Source: Asterias rubens
Lineage: Eukaryota
Assembly: GCF_902459465.1 (NCBI RefSeq)
Contig: NC_047065.1
Coordinates: forward strand, 1,984,001-2,048,000
Direction of reading: 5' to 3'
DNA: 64,000 nt
Shown here: positions 52,001 to 64,000 of the stretch, piece by piece
How the letters are laid out: the number at the start of each line of letters is the position of its first letter
How positions within the stretch are numbered: the first letter of the stretch is position 1
Made by a program: the position numbers and the translations under genes
Notes under the pieces: model-generated
Databases searched by the model: none
The model's input: the letters and a program-made list of their open reading frames with translations, nothing else
Told to the model about the DNA's origin: nothing

Positions 52001-55000
52001 ATATTTATACATTACCTCTCTTATGAAAACTAACGAGTAGCTGGGTGATGCCCAAATTACTTTCTAAAATTCCTCCTTTTTTGAATTTATCATTTTTAAA
52101 GAAAGTTTTTGAATCTTGTTAATTTCAGCGGGAGATGATTCTGATTCTGATGATTCTGAGACGCAGAAGGCCAAGTTCTTTGCTGATGTTCCTGAGCTAA
52201 CTGGATACAGCAGTTTCCAAGAGATGAATCTGTCCAGGCCACTACTCAAGGTATGCATTTGACGTTTGTTGCGTTAGAGACTGATGTTAATGTCATGTAC
52301 CATTCCTATTTGATGTCTTGAAGAATAGAACTCATAGTTTCCTTTGTGTTTTCATCTTCAGGAGTCAACCCCCCACAATTAAATGTATCCTCCGTTGTAA
52401 TCATTTTTGCTTACCTGGGGTGCAACATATGTCACTCTTAACCAAATAACTCTGATGTTTCCAAAGTTATAAGTAGACTAATATTCACTTGTTGACTGTC
52501 ATAAATTGCCCCAATTTGAATTGCTGAAGTCTTGCGTAAAGTTCAGATGCATTATACTTGCTCAAGATAAAGCAGGGCAACTACTTGCTTCGTTCTGGCT
52601 CCTCGCCCGTCCTAGTTGTTCCCAGGTCCAGGACAGTTCATTACGGTGACCGGGCCTTCTCACACATTGGTCGTGTTCTCTGGAATCAAATTACTCAATT
52701 CCATCTTGATCATTGTTTCTCCGGAGACTTTCAAAACAGAACTGACGACACTGCTCTTTACAAAGCATACTGTGTCGTGTCTATTCTTAAAAATTAGTTT
52801 TCACAATGTTTACTATTAATTGTACATCTATTTCACAGAATTTGCGCTTTACAAATCTATACTCCTTTTCTCTCTGCAGGCAATTAGTGCAATGAACTTT
52901 GTGATGCCGACCCCGATTCAAGGCAAAACTATCCCCATGGCTCTACTTGGAAAAGACATCTGTGCTTGCTCTGCTACTGGAACTGGTAAGTCAATTTGCC
53001 AATGCGTGAAATACTCATTCTGAATCTGAATTATATAGTTGGCAAAGCATCCTATTGGAAACATCACACCAACTTTTTGTTGAGAAAAGTCGATGAAGAC
53101 ATTTCAAATTTAGACAAGGGAGGAAAACCCCTACAGGGAAAACCCACACAGTCAGCAAGGCTCCAGTCTGGGTATCAATCCGGGTATTGTTTGTCAACAA
53201 CGGACAATTAAAAGGAATCTAAAATAAGTTACAATGGATTGTTTGCAGACTTCTTTCACTGAAGTGAAACTTCATCTTTTTCTGTATTAAACAACGAGTT
53301 ACAGTTTGTTTGTTTATCAAATAATAAACCGTAATGAAAACTGATTGGGTCAGCCGTTAATGATTTGTTTGTTTCTCTAACCCAAAACAGGTAAAACGGC
53401 AGCCTTCATGTTACCTGTTCTGGAGCGACTTCTGTACAAACCTAAACAACTCACAGTTACACGCGTTTTGGTTCTGGTGCCCACGAGGGAGCTGGGTGTA
53501 CAAGTACATACTGTGACAAGAGAACTGGCGCAGTTTAGCAATGTAGATTGCTGTCTCGCTGTCGGTAAGTTCAAATCTCAAATTTGTCAAGCATTTCCAT
53601 TCAAGTAAATTTGCTCGAAAATATGTAAAATATTTAAATGTGTTACACGATCCTTGATTCAAGAGATTGCCTTGTTAAAATTGTCAGCTAATTTATTCAG
53701 CTGTTTATGGTGTAGCTCCTTAAAATGTGATCTCTGCATTTTAGTGAAACATTCTATAACTTTTTCAAATATAAATAGGTGTAGTTTACTGATATTATTA
53801 TTGTTCATCTTCACAGGTGGTTTGGATGTGAAACTCCAGGAATCTGCTTTGAGGAAAGGCCCTGATATAGTCATAGCAACACCAGGTCGTCTGATTGATC
53901 ATTTACATAATGCTCCGACCTTTGACCTGAAGGATGTAGAGATCCTCATCCTTGATGAAGCTGACAGGTATGAACACCCAAGAATGCTTGGTGGAAATTG
54001 TAGATAGGGATCTTTATAACATTTTAAATTTCGGATAGAGAGTATAGACCTTATGCATTGACGTCATCCAGCCGCCATCTGTGAGGTCAAACGGTGACGA
54101 AACAATCGAAACGCACATAGATTGGCCAATGAACAACCTCCTTTTGACCTCAAGGCGAGGGCGCCCGTACTGAAATGACGTCACGTGCATAAGGTCTATT
54201 GCCCTCCCTCTTTAAAAGTAGTACTTAGTGTGTACTTATCATTGTGCATTCATAAAACGTTCACAATCTTCTATGTAACCAACCTGGGCCTAATTTCATG
54301 GCTCTGCTTATGAATGTGTTTTTTTTTTTCCAGGATGTTGGATGAGTATTTTGCTGAGCAGATGAAGGAGATTATCAGAATGTGTTCACGCAGTCGCCAA
54401 ACCATGTTATTCTCAGCTACCATGACAGATGAGGCAAGTCATTCATTCTGACAATAGAGCCATTGTCATGGTTCAACATTCTTGAGTTTCTTTCTTGCAT
54501 TTCACACTGTAAATTAACCGATGTTAAAAGTCTGGCTGTTTTAAAGCCATTGGACCCTTTTGGTACAGGAAAAAAAAAAAAAAAGTTCACAGATTTACAA
54601 ATAACTTACAGGGTTTATAGAAAGAAGTGGTGAAAGACTTCTCTTGAAATATTATTCCATGAAATGCTTTACTTTTTGAGAAAATAGTAAAACAATATCA
54701 ATTCTCGACATCAAGAATTACAGATTTATTTTAAACACATGTAATAACACGGCGAAACGTGCAAAAACAAGGGTGGGTTTTCCCGTTATTTTCTCCGACT
54801 CCGATGACCGATTGAGTCTAAATTTTCACAGGTTTGTTATTTTATATAGAAGTTGTGATACACGAAGTGCGGGCCTTGGACAATACTGTTTGCCGAAAGG
54901 GTCCAATGGCTTTAAGTACGCATTTGATCTCTAAGGAACATACGAGCCAAATATTACATATAAGTGATATTCATCCTACTACTTCTATCTTAACTGCTCC

Positions 55001-58000
55001 TTGATGAAACTTTGAATTGCTAGTTTTGTGATACATCTGTCGCATCTCATTTGAAAAACAACAGAAAAGAATCTTTGTTTCTATGTATTGCCAGATCAAT
55101 TTGGCTTATGTCATAATATATCTTATATATATAGTTGACGCTACTCGGGCCGAACTCGACTCGAGACGTTGTGACCTTGGGTTTGTCCAATGTTAGAAAT
55201 TCGTCTCTGCCATCCAGACCGATCCAGGGCAGCTTGAATAGCTTGATCGTATTGTAGGCCGATGGCGTTGAGGTCGTCTATAAGCTGTGATATGTAGGTG
55301 CTTATCAAGTTTTATATATCGTCTAATCATTTGAAATTTCTTTCTTCATCCTTTAAGGTTAAAGATCTTGCAGCTGTGTCCCTGAATAACCCAGTTAAGC
55401 TCTTCGTTAACGAGAATACCGATGTAGCATTCAACCTCCGCCAGGAGTTCATCCGTATCAGACCGAACAGAGATAGTGATAGAGAAGCTATTGCTGCCGG
55501 TAAGACCAGGGCCGATTTCATAAACCTGTTAAGCAGAAAATACTGCCTTGCTCATTTCTTTGCTAAGCAAAAAAATAGTGGGGCAACAGTTGCAGCAATG
55601 TAAATCTTATGGAATTTTGGCTGGTAACAAGATTGTTTTAAGCAAGATTTTTCTGTGCTTAGCAAGTTTTTAAGGCAACATGTCTATAAAATTGGGGCAA
55701 CATGTCTATAAAATTGGGGCCAGTTTGTTTTTGTTAGCACGAACCTTACTAGATTCTATCTCCATGCAAAGTTTTAAATCCTTATCGAGAAAACACTGAA
55801 TATTATTAAATTTTATTAGATGATTACCACATGGCAACAAAAAATAACACAAAACAATGATACTTGCATTTAGAGAGAATTCTTATAGTTTAATTTCTCT
55901 TTTTGTTGCAGCATTGTGTTGTCGGACATTCCACGATCACTGCATCATGTTTGTACAGACTAAGATTCAAGCCCATCGTCTTCATATCATCCTGGGTCTA
56001 TTTGGACTCAATGTAGGGGAGCTTCATGGCAATCTCTCTCAGGCACAGGTAATGAACAGGGCCCAATTTCATAGAGCTGCTAAGCACAAAAATTTGCTTA
56101 GCATGAAATTGCTGCCTTGATAAAAACAGGATTACTAACCAAATTTCCATGTGATTTTCAGGATAAGCAAACAACAGCTGAATACATGTAACAAGCAATA
56201 TGCAACAATAGGAAATTTGGTTGGTAACCCTGTTTTTATCAAGAAAGACATTTCATGCTAAGCAAATTGTTGTGCTGAGCAGCTCTATGAAATTGGGCCC
56301 AGGTCTCTTCATGAAGACCATCAGAGCATACTGATGAAACATTGAGTTCTTCTCAGAACTTCAAACCTCACCTGATTTCTCTGGACTGTCATAGACAACA
56401 TTGGTCTTGGAATTATACAATCCCCTCACTGAGTTCCTATTAACCAACCAAATCCAACTCAAAGTCCTCCTTATTTTTAAAGTCGGAAATGGCCTAGCTT
56501 ATCTTCAGAACCTTATTTATAACAAATCCCACAGTTCTCGCAAACTACAATCTTCTTTTACTTCCAATTTGTGCCTGTCCCCTGCACCCCACACTTATAC
56601 GCAATATAGCCATCGAGCATTCACAGTCAGCACATCAACATTATGGAACAATCTCCATCTTCACCCTCAGTCGGGTATCATCTCTTGAATCCTTCAAAGC
56701 CGTGTTAACAAATAAGTTGCTTATAATAAAGTTACTATAATTTGTGTTTATTCGTTGATGCTAGTGTACAGCCATTTAACTTTTGTAAAAGGCGCTTTAT
56801 AAATATCATAAGTCTGTTCGTGTGCACTGCCATTTTGTCTGTATGGCAAATTTTCTGACCGATGCTATTATTCTCTTTCAGCGTTTGGAAGCTCTTCGAC
56901 GATTCAAGGAAGAGAACGTTGATGTTCTGGTCGCTACGGATCTTGCTGCCAGAGGTCTTGATATTGAAGGAGTTAAAACGGTAAGATCAGCTGAGATTAA
57001 TACGGTTGTGTCTTTTAAACATAGTTGGTACAGAGTTTCATTTCGGTAGAGCAATCGAAATGCCATTTTTCAAATAAGGTTTTGTTCTTTTGGTTTTGTT
57101 TTTGTAGATTATTAACTTCACTCTGCCTAATACTCTGAAACACTACGTACACAGAGTAGGACGAACTGCTAGAGCAGGCAAAAGCGGACGGTAAGTAAAA
57201 AAGATCTTGAATAAGTCATCAACTAACCCACAATAAACACCTGCAAAATGACTTGCTATTGTTCCTCTTTTGTTTGTATTTTTTATAACTTTTTGGCAGC
57301 ATCTCCCATTGGTTTTACACACTTTCCAACTGGGGTCTTTACCCACACGTGTTGCGTTTAGTTTATAGTGCCATGGTTTGAATATACTGAGCACACAAAC
57401 AAACACAAACTTGTTATGACCTGTTAATATGAGAATTTCTGATTTTCATGGAGCGTTTGTTGGACTGAGTATCTGTTGTCTCTATAAGTTTTTGTTTATA
57501 TCTTATTCTACAGAGCTGTGAGTCTTGTAGGAGAGCGTGAGCGAAAACTCTTGAAGGACATTGTGAAGAAGGCTAATAACCCGGTGAAAAGTCGTATAGT
57601 TCCCCAAGGTGAGATGTATTCCCATCTTCATTGTTGTAGCCTAAAGCCCGGTTCATACTTCATGCGAATGCGAAACGAATTTGGCGTCACAACCCTCCTT
57701 TCGTTGTGAATTTTGTGACGTCAACATTCACTTCGCATGCGCATTCGTAGGAAGTATGAACCGGGCTTTACTAGTTTAGATTATATAGGGCATCTCAGGG
57801 CAAACAATTAACATTTGACCACAGGCCCCAGGCCAGTGATTTTAGCATCAAGCCTGTAAACTCATAATCGGACGAGCGCCCGTTGGGCTTGTGTTTTTCA
57901 ATTGATTTGTGTAATATATATGTGAAAACGAATCGAAAACAAAATTCTTTCAACTCTGTTGAGTATTGAAGTGCTCATCCTTTCTTAGTGCTTGTTTAAC

Positions 58001-61000
58001 CAATTTTGATACTGGTCGTGTAAACTAAATTCTGGTCCAGTCAACGTATTGAGGCACAAGCCCTTGGGTCTTGTGAATTTTCTCTCCAAACTAGAGCCCT
58101 GCAGATGCACGGCTCAAATTCTTCGAAGAGAGTAAGAATGTCAGAAGCAAAATGTTTTGATAACGTTAGTAATTCTGTTTTTCTTTGCAGATGTTATACA
58201 GAAGTACCGAGACAAGATCATCAGCATGGAGGACGACATCGAGGAAGTCATGCGTCTTGAAGAGGAGGAGAAAGAGATGAGAATAACGGAGCTTCAGATG
58301 CACAAAGCAAACGCCATGTTGGAACATCAGAGGGAGATCTTCAGCCGACCAAAACGGACATGGTTCCAGACGCACAAGGAACGCAATATTGAACGGGGTA
58401 AGTAGATTTTACCAAACTCTTCCTAACTTAGGATTAATCTAAGGACGAAGGACAAGTTAAGTTCCGTAACTCTAGAAGTAAGGTTCATTGAACCCATCCG
58501 TGTCTTGCATAATGCACGTAATAGAATCCAGTGCACTCAGCGCAAAATGAAGGGGTTTGCCCCGATGCTTCGATTGGTTGGGCCTCGGCCCCTTGTAAAC
58601 ATTACATGGTGATATATAAAGAAAGAGGTTTCAAACTTCAAGACGTAGCTCCACATACCTTGTAGGAAAAATACTGAGTGCTTTGTGATGGCCATTGGGT
58701 GTGATTAAGCTCTATGAAAGAACTGAGTTTTGTTATTATTGTTATTAATATCATTGTTGTGTCATCTTTCCAGAGCACTTGACACTTAATCCAGAGAAAA
58801 TTAAGAAATCCAAGAAAAAGGCAAAGAAACAGGAGGACGATGAAGATCCAGTAAGTAGACATTTTAGTTTCAAGAAAATTTTGTTGCAAGTCTCATCATT
58901 AAGCCAGGTTCATACTTCCTGCGAATGCGATGCGAATTTGATGTGAATTTGACGTCACAACCCCTCTTTCGCTGCGATATTGGCAAAAGGGTTGCCCACA
59001 ACTCAACTCAGTGCGAATTCCGTTGCATATTTGGGACGTCAACATTCGTATCACATTCGCATTCGCAGGAAGTATGAACCGGGCTTTATGCTCCAAATTT
59101 ACTAGATAAGTTTTGTAGAGTTTCCATAACCAACTTGTTGTAATAACAATTTATTTGTTTAAATAGTTAATGGTTTTACCCTGGATCTGGATCTGGATCA
59201 ATATTCTCAACGCTCTTACTAGAGCAAAACGAGAAGAGTGAGTGTGCGCGGTGCAGTTTTTAGTTACTTCTTAGGTGAGATATGACGGCTCCTTTAAAGA
59301 TCTTATTGTCCGTGATGGCTATGATGTCTGGTGGTAATGTGTTCCAGTCTTTTACTGTTTGGGGGAAGTATGAATATTTGAAACAGTCTTTGTTTGCGGA
59401 GAACAGTTGGTAGGCCTTGTTGTGATTGTGTCTGGATTGGCGTGTGACCGGCTGTAAGAACTTTCCTGCCGGGACGGCGGCCTGACCATGGTGGATTTTG
59501 TGGAGCATTGAAATTCGTGCCACTTTCCGTCTGCTTTCCAGGGTGTCCCACTGGAGAGATTTTAGCATAGTTGTAACACTGCTTGTGCGGTTGTAGTCTC
59601 TGCAGACGAAGCGGGCTGCTCTTCTCTGTATCATCTCGAGTTTGTCTTTTTGTTCCTGTGTGTAGGGATCCCAAATGATTGTCGCGTACTCCAGAAGTGG
59701 GCGAACCAGGGTCTGGTAAGCGATGGACTTGAGATCTTGAGGGCAGCAGTGTAGGTTGCGTCTAATAAAGCCAAGGGCTCTGTTCGCTCTGGCAGAGATT
59801 GATTGGATATGGTTCCCCCATTTAAGGTCATTGGTTATCTCAACCCCCAAGAATGAATGAGATGCTGTCTCTTGTAGAGTTGTGCCACCTAGAGTGTAAT
59901 TGAACTGTTTGGTTGATCTGGCATGTGAGAGGCAGAGCACAAAGCATTTGGAAGTATTAAATCTCATCTGCCACGTGTCCTGCCACTTGGAGAGAGTGTC
60001 GAGGTCCAGCTGGAGTTTGGTAGAGTCTGACTGGTCTTTGATGATAGAATACAAGACACAATCATCTGCAAACAGTCGTACGGTGGAGTTGATGTTATCT
60101 GGTAAGTCGTTTATGTAGAGTAAAAAGAGTAGAAGGCCCAGCACTGTCCCTTGTGGCACCCCGGATTTGACGTGAGTCCATGCAGAGCACTCACCATTGA
60201 TGACAACCCGTTGTTTTCTTTGAGTGAGGAAATTGGAGATCCAGTTGAAGGTGTTACTGTTGATTCCATAGCTGTTGATTTTATGAAGGAGACGCTTGTG
60301 TGGTACGGTATCAAACGCCTTGGAAAAATCCATTATCACCATGTCGGTTTGGCTTCTGGTGTCCAATGACTTCCCCAAGTCGTGAATCGTCTGAATGAGT
60401 TGTGTCTCGCATGAGTAACTGAGTCTTTCTCTAAGGCTAAAGACTCTGCGAGAAAGACTTTGTGAGAAAGACTCTGCTAAGGTCAATAATAATTGAATTG
60501 AATTTATATTGCGCTCTCTCCAGGACCAGTCTGTTCGAGGGCGCATAACATTAAAAAACGTGAGGCCATTAACTATGTTTTGCATACATAGCATAGGTCC
60601 TTTTGATTGGTAAGCAAATTGCAACAGCTAATTCTATTTTCTTATTTTACAATTGTTTGTCTTCCAACTTTAGGTTGATCGTCGAATGCAGCGTGAGGTT
60701 GAGAAATCTCAGTTGTTTGCAGCGAGGGAAGCCAAGAGGTCTAGAAAGACTAACCTGATGAAAGGGATCAACACACGAGAGAAAATCACAGGTATAAAGC
60801 TTGTATTAAGAGTTAAACGTTTCTTTTGGGCTAAACATTAGTATATTTTGCATCACAGGTCAAGGGTCATGTTTTTTTAACCTGATATTTTCACCAGATT
60901 ATACTCCCACCGTGCAAAGGTTCAAATCCTACTAATCTGCATAGTTGTCCAAATTTGAAAGTAGTAGTTTCCTTAAATTTTCTTGTGAACTTGATCACTT

Positions 61001-61732
61001 TGCAGGAGACACGAGAGCCTCCAGTAAAAAAGGGAAGAAGCAGGGTAGACAGAAGTCATCATTTGAGAGAGAGTTGACAAGCACAAACAAAAGATCCGTC
61101 AAACAGTTCCGCAGCAAGTGAGTAGTAAAAACAACCAGACTAGACTGTAGGTGTTTACTGTGTTGCCATGTTACTTTGGAGGGAAGGTATACAATTGGTA
61201 ATCACCCTTAAAATTAGTGGCAAAAAAAACTTTTGATTGAAGCCTACTGCAACTTTTGATAGAAAAACATTTTACTTTGAAATAATGTGGTTAAGTAAAA
61301 AGGTGTAAGTTTTTATGCACAAAAATTTGAATCTGCGAGTTGTTACTGCGTAACATTTCTGAGGTTGTGTATTTCTATTGGGAATTATTCTTCCTGCGTG
61401 GACATCAGCACCTGAATTTTGATGGATTGTGGCGCCTAACAAGTAGTTTATACCATTGTTATCATTATAACCACTCCGGATTTTTTGCGATACATTTCAA
61501 AAGTGCAAACACCTTTTGAAATGAAGTTTTCACATGTCAGTTTGATTGTATAAGTCTGCATTTGTAAAGGATACAAACAACCGTACCGTTTTAAAAACTA
61601 AACTATTTTTTTATAATTTTTTTTTTTAGAACTCATGAAGCGAGGAAAGAGCAGCAACAAGCCCAGAAGATGTCATCCAAAACTGGAAAACAAAATAAGC
61701 CCAAGAATAAATTCAGCAAGAGAAGGAAATAA
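49023..61732 (+). CDS. DDX27: DEAD-box RNA helicase DDX27 (DRS1 family), ~777 aa
   Basis: 18 exons: 49023-49109, 50619-50834, 51354-51558, 52129-52250, 52880-52985, 53391-53564, 53817-53967, 54334-54433, 55358-55499, 55912-56048, 56882-56980, 57108-57190, 57514-57608, 58191-58397, 58774-58850, 60674-60791, 61006-61117 and 61630-61732, total 2334 nt, in frame. Motifs: Q motif, ATGTGKT, PTREL, TPGRL, DEAD, SAT, ARGLD and [10 protein letters not shown]. Confidence 0.95.
49733..50455. mobile_element. 723-bp foldback element with TAG..CTA termini and a perfect 9-bp TSD (AcademH- or Mutator-like)
   Basis: GTGAAAAAG at 49724-49732 and 50456-50464. Almost the whole element is palindromic, and its terminal ~45 bp are shared with 4336-4848. 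Confidence 0.8.
52560..52810 (+). mobile_element. L2-clade LINE 3' remnant
   Basis: Translates to [34 protein letters not shown]. Confidence 0.65.
54045..54198. mobile_element. Small MITE with TAGACCTTATGCA termini
   Basis: Terminal inverted repeat TAGACCTTATGCA.TGACGTCA / TGACGTCA.GTGCATAAGGTCTA. Confidence 0.65.
54545..54911. mobile_element. Kolobok-like MITE (family B)
   Basis: TTAA|AGCCATTGGACCC ... GGGTCCAATGGCT|TTAA. Confidence 0.8.
56060..56299. mobile_element. PIF/Harbinger-like MITE (family C)
   Basis: Collinear with 1548-1787, with a CAG target duplication on both sides. Confidence 0.8.
56400..56810 (+). mobile_element. L2-clade LINE 3' remnant
   Basis: Translates to [17 protein letters not shown]...[17 protein letters not shown], with a GGCGCTTTATAAAT tail motif. 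Confidence 0.6.
57645..57767. mobile_element. Harbinger-like MITE (family E)
   Basis: TIR AGCCCGGTTCATACTTC / GAAGTATGAACCGGGCT with TAA/TTA flanks. Confidence 0.75.
58902..59085. mobile_element. Harbinger-like MITE (family E), longer copy
   Basis: Same TIR as 57645, with TTA on both sides. Confidence 0.75.
59181..60420 (-). mobile_element. 5'-truncated CR1-group (L2/Daphne/Kiri-like) non-LTR retrotransposon in DDX27 intron 15
   Basis: Stop-free RT C-terminal ORF ([24 protein letters not shown]) ending at 59260, followed by a short 3' UTR and a (GATCCA)n tail. Confidence 0.9.
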
Positions 61733-61919
61733 AAAAAGAGTTCCTTCATGTACTTTCAAACAGCCGTCTTCAACATTCTATTGTTTGCATTGGTTTCTTG
61801 TTTTACCAGATTCCTTTCATCCTCTTTGATATAAATCCCTTTTGTTATCTTTGGTGGGTATTGAACCTTAGACCACTGTTTTTCCTCTTGATGCAACAAG
61901 TTTAATAGACGCTGTACTT

Positions 61920-62394
61920 GGCCCAATTTCATAGAGCTGCTTTAGCAAAAAATACTGCTGGACAATTTTCTGCTGAGCAGAAATGAGCAGGACACCAGTC
62001 ATAAAGTGTACATGTGATGTGGTAGTTTGGCTGGTAACCTTATTCTGGTGAGCGACATTTTATTGTGATTAGTAGCTACTTTGTGCTCAAGCAGCTCTAC
62101 AAAATTGGGTCTTTGTGGTCTGCCCTCGTTCACAGTAATTTACTCCTGTATGAAGAGAATTAATCATAATGTCTTGCTAGAAGACACGAGTGTCCCGACC
62201 AGGGCCAAATTACATAAAGCCTGTATGCACAAAAACTTGCTTAGCACAGAATAGTATTGCTTAGCAAAAATAGGTTACCAGCCAAAATTACATTCAGTTT
62301 ACATTTTTGTGACTGGTGCCCAACTCAGTTCTTGCTTAGCATAGAAATTTGTTGAGCAGTATTTTCTGCTGAACAGCTTTATGAAATTGGGCCC
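61920..62394. mobile_element. Two Harbinger-like family C MITEs (~61920-62112 and ~62203-62394)
   Basis: GGCCCAATTTCATAGAGCTGCT and GGCCAAATTACATAAAGC left ends with ATGAAATTGGGCC-type right ends. Confidence 0.65.
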
Positions 62395-64000
62395 ATGATT
62401 TACACACTGACAACCTTAAGGCTGGTGCTCTGGAGTGCCCAACTATGACTACAAGGGACCATATCTTTGTCCTCTAGCCTCATTTGTTTTAAATTCAGTT
62501 TTGTTAGAGGGTTAAGAGAAGAGTGATGTACCATAATAAAGGATTTTATTTCACACAAGATCTTACAGAAGTGTTATGAGAATAAGCCAAAATGAAGACA
62601 GTATGTAGATATTCTTCTTGAGTGTCTTGTTTACTCTTTTGGTGAAAGTCATGTTTATTTATGTATTGCTTAACAGTATGATACTCTTACTGACCACTCT
62701 TACTGGTATATAGAAAACCAGTCAAAATGGTTGCATAATGTGAAGGGTGCACCCTACTAAACAGGGACAAAACAACGTCATCCTCATTAATATTTTTGTA
62801 GGCCCCTAAACTGTTCTATTGTAGACAGATTTGAGAGCCCAAGAAAGGGATAAGGTGGAAAACTTTGACCCAATTGTGACCAGGGGTTGTTGCCTCCTTT
62901 GAAGAAGAGGTATTTTGGAAGACTAAGGCACCTGAAGTAAATAGTACTATTTGCCGTTAGGGTATGGAAATTTGTCAACATTGATGCTCGGACGTTTGGA
63001 AAATTACACCGATGTAGGAGTGTTTTTCTTTGCTGTTGGGGAAAAAGCTGCAAGACTTCTAAGTATGTCTCGTGTATTTCTGAATGTTTTGCATTTTGCA
63101 CTGTATGCTATGGGAGTTTACTTAATGGGGTGCACCCAGATTTTCTCAATGCTTTGTTCAGAAAACAATACATATTAAGACCTTGGTTAAACAAATTTAC
63201 TTGTCATCAAACTTCAAATTTTATTTTGTAATCATGCTTAGTTACTCTTGCAAAATAAACATGAACAATTACTTTTATCAATCAAATGTGTCTTTTTGAA
63301 CTGTTTGCAAATTTGTTTTGAAACTTCTCTTAGAAAATGGTCGTGCCCATTTAAGATTAAAATTGTCTGTCAGATTTGTTCTTGCATCGTAAGTCGGCAC
63401 TTTATTTTACATAATATCAACTTTAAAATTGCCATCATATTTTTCAAGGTTTAACCTAAGAAACAACAGAGTGAATACCTAATCTGTCAAGTTTTATTTC
63501 AAGATTTAATTTTTCATGTCATTAATTGCAAAATTCAATTGAGAGGGTTTCTTTTAAAAATCCTCTTCAAAAAAAGAAATTCCTTCACATTTGATTTCAG
63601 AATTGGTTCTATTTCTAAACTGGGGGTACCGTGTTTTTTTTTTCCAAATTATTTTTTTCATGAGTAGACACAATTCTGAATCAATTAGATTGATTTTATT
63701 AGAAAGTCAATAGTGACCTATTTGCTTTTTTTGCTAGACTGCGGATGTTTTTTGTACAAGGGGTGCGCTCAAACCATGATGATAATTGATTCTTATTCCT
63801 CCGCTCGTCCTTTGCTGGTCCCCGTATACGCGAATATCAACACAGCAACAGTCGTCTAGTGCCAGCGAAGTGCTCGGCCGTTCGTATCGTGGCTATTTTA
63901 TGCTTATTAGTTTAGGGACATCATTTATTTGTTTTCCCACATATCTTCCGGACCAAAAATCATGTAATTTGAGTTTCCAGCTATGGTTTTGAATAATATT

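Noticed and set aside
56305-56390. Possible C/D box snoRNA in a DDX27 intron (ATGAAGA...CTGATGA...CCTGA)
   Set aside because: The C box is imperfect, the terminal stem is weak, and I recognised no rRNA-complementary guide. A snoscan or Rfam search would be needed.
60421-60624. N-terminal ~65 aa of the 454-aa LINE ORF
   Set aside because: This is chance read-through into unrelated repeat and intron sequence. RT homology starts at about YSCETQL.
62700-64000. Short ORFs at the right end of the window
   Set aside because: No recognisable domains and no consistent splice structure.

Overview
Eukaryotic, AT-rich, intron-containing genomic window from an invertebrate deuterostome, probably an echinoderm such as a sea star (inference from gene content and histone H3 residues). 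I assembled seven protein-coding genes exon by exon with consistent splice phases: TANGO6 (5' part, minus), ZNF341 (minus), BANP (plus, head-to-head with ZNF341), a divergent ZNF341 paralog (minus), ITFG1/LINKIN (minus), an intron-containing non-H3.3 histone H3 variant nested antisense in ITFG1 intron 14, and DDX27 (plus, head-to-head with ITFG1). Introns are dense with non-autonomous DNA transposons (Kolobok-like with TTAA, Harbinger-like with CWG/TWA, 9-bp-TSD foldbacks, one 6-bp-TSD element), tRNA-derived SINEs, L2 remnants, a solo LTR and a young 5'-truncated CR1-group LINE. The most notable observations are: (1) the nested H3 variant; (2) three orphan copies of a histone-type 3' end (stem-loop plus purine-rich element) with no histone ORF, two of them back-to-back between the convergent BANP and ZNF341-like genes; (3) a perfect BANP motif in the BANP/ZNF341 promoter and a ZNF341-type motif in ZNF341 intron 1; (4) a ZNF341 duplicate that lost its 3' introns and changed its recognition helices. 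All homology calls come from recalled sequences, not database searches.
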